63,922 nt of DNA, from assembly GCF_006345805.1 (NCBI RefSeq), contig NC_043010.1, positions 52,948,001-53,011,922 on the forward strand, in the 5' to 3' direction. The notes beneath the pieces are model-generated. The model was not told where the DNA came from. It was given only the letters and a program-made list of their open reading frames with translations, and did not search any database. Position numbers and translations under genes: made by a program. Below, piece after piece: positions 61,759 to 63,922 of the stretch. Every line of letters begins with the position of its first letter. The first letter of the stretch is position 1. The DNA comes from Octopus sinensis (taxonomy: Eukaryota).

Positions 61759-62345
61759 ATATATATATATATATCATACAAGACTACCCAGCTGTCAGTG
61801 ATTGTCAATAAGATAGCAACTGAATTTAAAATTTTTTTCTTTCAGTATGGTCTTCTACTCAATGATCCACAGATATGCGGTTGAGGACCACTACTCTAAG
61901 ATACCCTGTACGTTCTTGAGACCTATTTTAGGACAATATTACGCCCACCAACATCAAGAGACATGTTATTTGAGCTTTATAGCGAGTCAGTAACTGAGCA
62001 GAGTTGAAATATTTTCTTGTCTCGAAGGAAAAGTTTGGTTCTTTTGATGGAGTGTTTTTTTTTCAATATTGTAAATATGGGGTGACACAAGAGGTGATCA
62101 GAAATTCTGCGACCTCGCATTTTAATTGTGGATTCGAGGATTTTAACCGTGTGTTTTCAAGATGTAAATAGCCCTGTAGTACATATCGTCGATATAAAGT
62201 CTATCTCAGACATTAGCATCTTTATAGCAATAAATTTTGAGATCGGTATGAATTTTGGCCCGTGTGCACTTTGTGGCTTGTATTTTGATGCTGCCGTGAA
62301 TTTTCTTCCTTACTGAGACTGTTGGTATGTTAATGCTCATTTAAC

Positions 62346-62607
62346 TTGGCACAGCCGTTTGGCACAGCTGCTTGCCACTGCAATTTAGTACAGCCGTTTG
62401 GCACAGCTGTTTGCCACAGCAATTTGGTACAGCTGTTTGGCACAGCTGCTTGCCACAGCAATTTCGTACAGCCGTTTGGCACAGCTGTTTGCCACAGAAA
62501 TTTGGTATAGCTGTTTGGCACAGCTGCTTGCCACAGCAATTTCGTACAGCCGTTTGGCACAGCTGTTTGCCACAGAAATTTGGTACAGCCGTTTGGCACA
62601 GCTGTTT
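62346..62607. repeat. 39-bp minisatellite (3 x 13-bp subunits), about 6.5 copies
   Basis: ggcacagctgctt-gccacagcaattt-cgtacagccgttt repeated. Confidence 0.92.
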
Positions 62608-62738
62608 TTGGTATCACTAATTCGACCTTGGCATATTTAACATCAGTAGTTTTTATGTTTTCCTCGCTCCCTCCCTACATCTCTTTATGTGTTTGTGAAT
62701 GTGAGCATATTTCTCAGTGTGTAGGAGAGGGAAAATAT

Positions 62739-62953
62739 TTATCCCTTTCGCACATAAACCGACCATATCCGGCCAAATTATTCTACCTGTTTTATCTTCA
62801 AGTCCGCCAGATTTGGCCTCTCGCATCTACCCTACAATGTCATTTTAAAAATGAACAATCGCATTAGCGAAATCTTAAAACTGTGGGATAATACCTGATC
62901 AGTTCAAAACAATGTATTACATTTGACAAAGTAATATAATGCTAAAAGGTTAT
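62739..62953. mobile_element. piggyBac-like MITE (reverse copy of 365-679)
   Basis: ttat-ccctttcgca ... atgctaaaagg-ttat; interior matches the reverse complement of 380-555. Confidence 0.6.
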
Positions 62954-63563
62954 GTGAATCGCATTCAGTTAATAAAATGTAATATGTCTCCCTCTTTGTA
63001 TCAGTATTTGAATGTTTCTGCATCTCCCAGGGCCAAAAAGTGGTGTAATCAAAACAGGCTGAATATCCAGCCAGCCGAGACAAATCATCAGCGTCAAACC
63101 AGCTACGCCTTATCGTCTCATTCCGTTTAGTAGGAGTTCACCTGCAGCTGCTACAATCTCTCTAAATCCAACAATTAAATTAAACTTGTTGATGGAGCTA
63201 ATAAGGGAGCCTCCACATGGTTGTCCCATCTGATTAAAAATATTTAAAAAAGCCACAACATTTTCTTCCGTAACACCTTACTGTATTGTAACTGGAAGAA
63301 AGTATTTAGACAATATAGATGTTGATGTGCAAAAAAAAAATAAGAAAGAAAAGGATGGTCAAGGCTGGAATGGCTTTGATCATTGTTCTAGTCAATCAAG
63401 TCTTGATTTGGTGAGGGTGGTGGGTGATGATGGAAAGCCAAACACCAGTAACAACAACAACGGTAGCAATAGTATCAACATTAACACCTTGTTAACGAAC
63501 AGTGATTATATGCTCAATAGGAACTAGAGTCACCCCAGAAAAAAGAGGTAAATGATAGCGAAC

Positions 63564-63564
<1 letters not shown>

Positions 63565-63596
<32 letters not shown>

Positions 63597-63627
63597 CAGC
63601 AGCAACAGCAGCAGCAGTAGCAGCAGC

Positions 63628-63675
<48 letters not shown>

Positions 63676-63810
63676 TGCAGTGGAAGGGAGAAAGCGGTAA
63701 AAAAAGGGGAACAAAAGGAAAAGAAAGAAGAAGAAGAAGAAGAAGAAGAAGAGAAGAAGAAGAAGAAGAAGAAGAAGAAGAAAAAAAGAAGAAGAAGAAG
63801 AAGAAGAAGG
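63565..63810. repeat. (AGT)n/(AGC)n/(AAG)n microsatellites
   Basis: Direct inspection. Confidence 0.95.
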
Positions 63811-63922
63811 TTAAGAAGGATTTTCTGGTTTGTTTTATTATTATTATTATTATTTTTTTTTTTGCAGTTTATACAACTTGTTGTTTCAGATGGTTTGCTT
63901 TGCTGTAAACAAGCATTACGCC

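Noticed and set aside
57323-61893. Single 4.5-kb hAT bounded by cagtggttctcaacc and ggttgaggaccacta
   Set aside because: Flanking 8-mers (acctaggt, ctctaaga) do not match and there is no transposase between them.

Overview
Extremely repeat-rich, AT-rich eukaryotic DNA. The SINE repertoire and microsatellite load suggest an octopus/coleoid cephalopod (inference from recognition, not a search). No host protein-coding gene can be called with confidence, and almost all listed ORFs are microsatellite translations. The window holds dozens of copies of at least four tRNA-headed SINE families (here A-D), including a 3.2-kb tandem SINE array. It also holds a near-complete IR/DR Tc1 (DD34E) transposon, decayed Tc1 and mariner/rosa-like elements, MITEs (Merlin-, hAT-, pogo-, piggyBac-like), Helitron-like elements and RTE LINE remnants, one ending in three C2H2 zinc fingers. 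The most notable signal is about ten minimal type I hammerhead ribozyme (HHR) motifs from several unrelated Penelope-like (PLE) families. Several sit at the centre of short fold-back insertions in (TA)n, and one appears to be fused to a tRNA-derived Pol III head (candidate ribozyme-bearing SINE). Coordinates of degenerate repeats are approximate.
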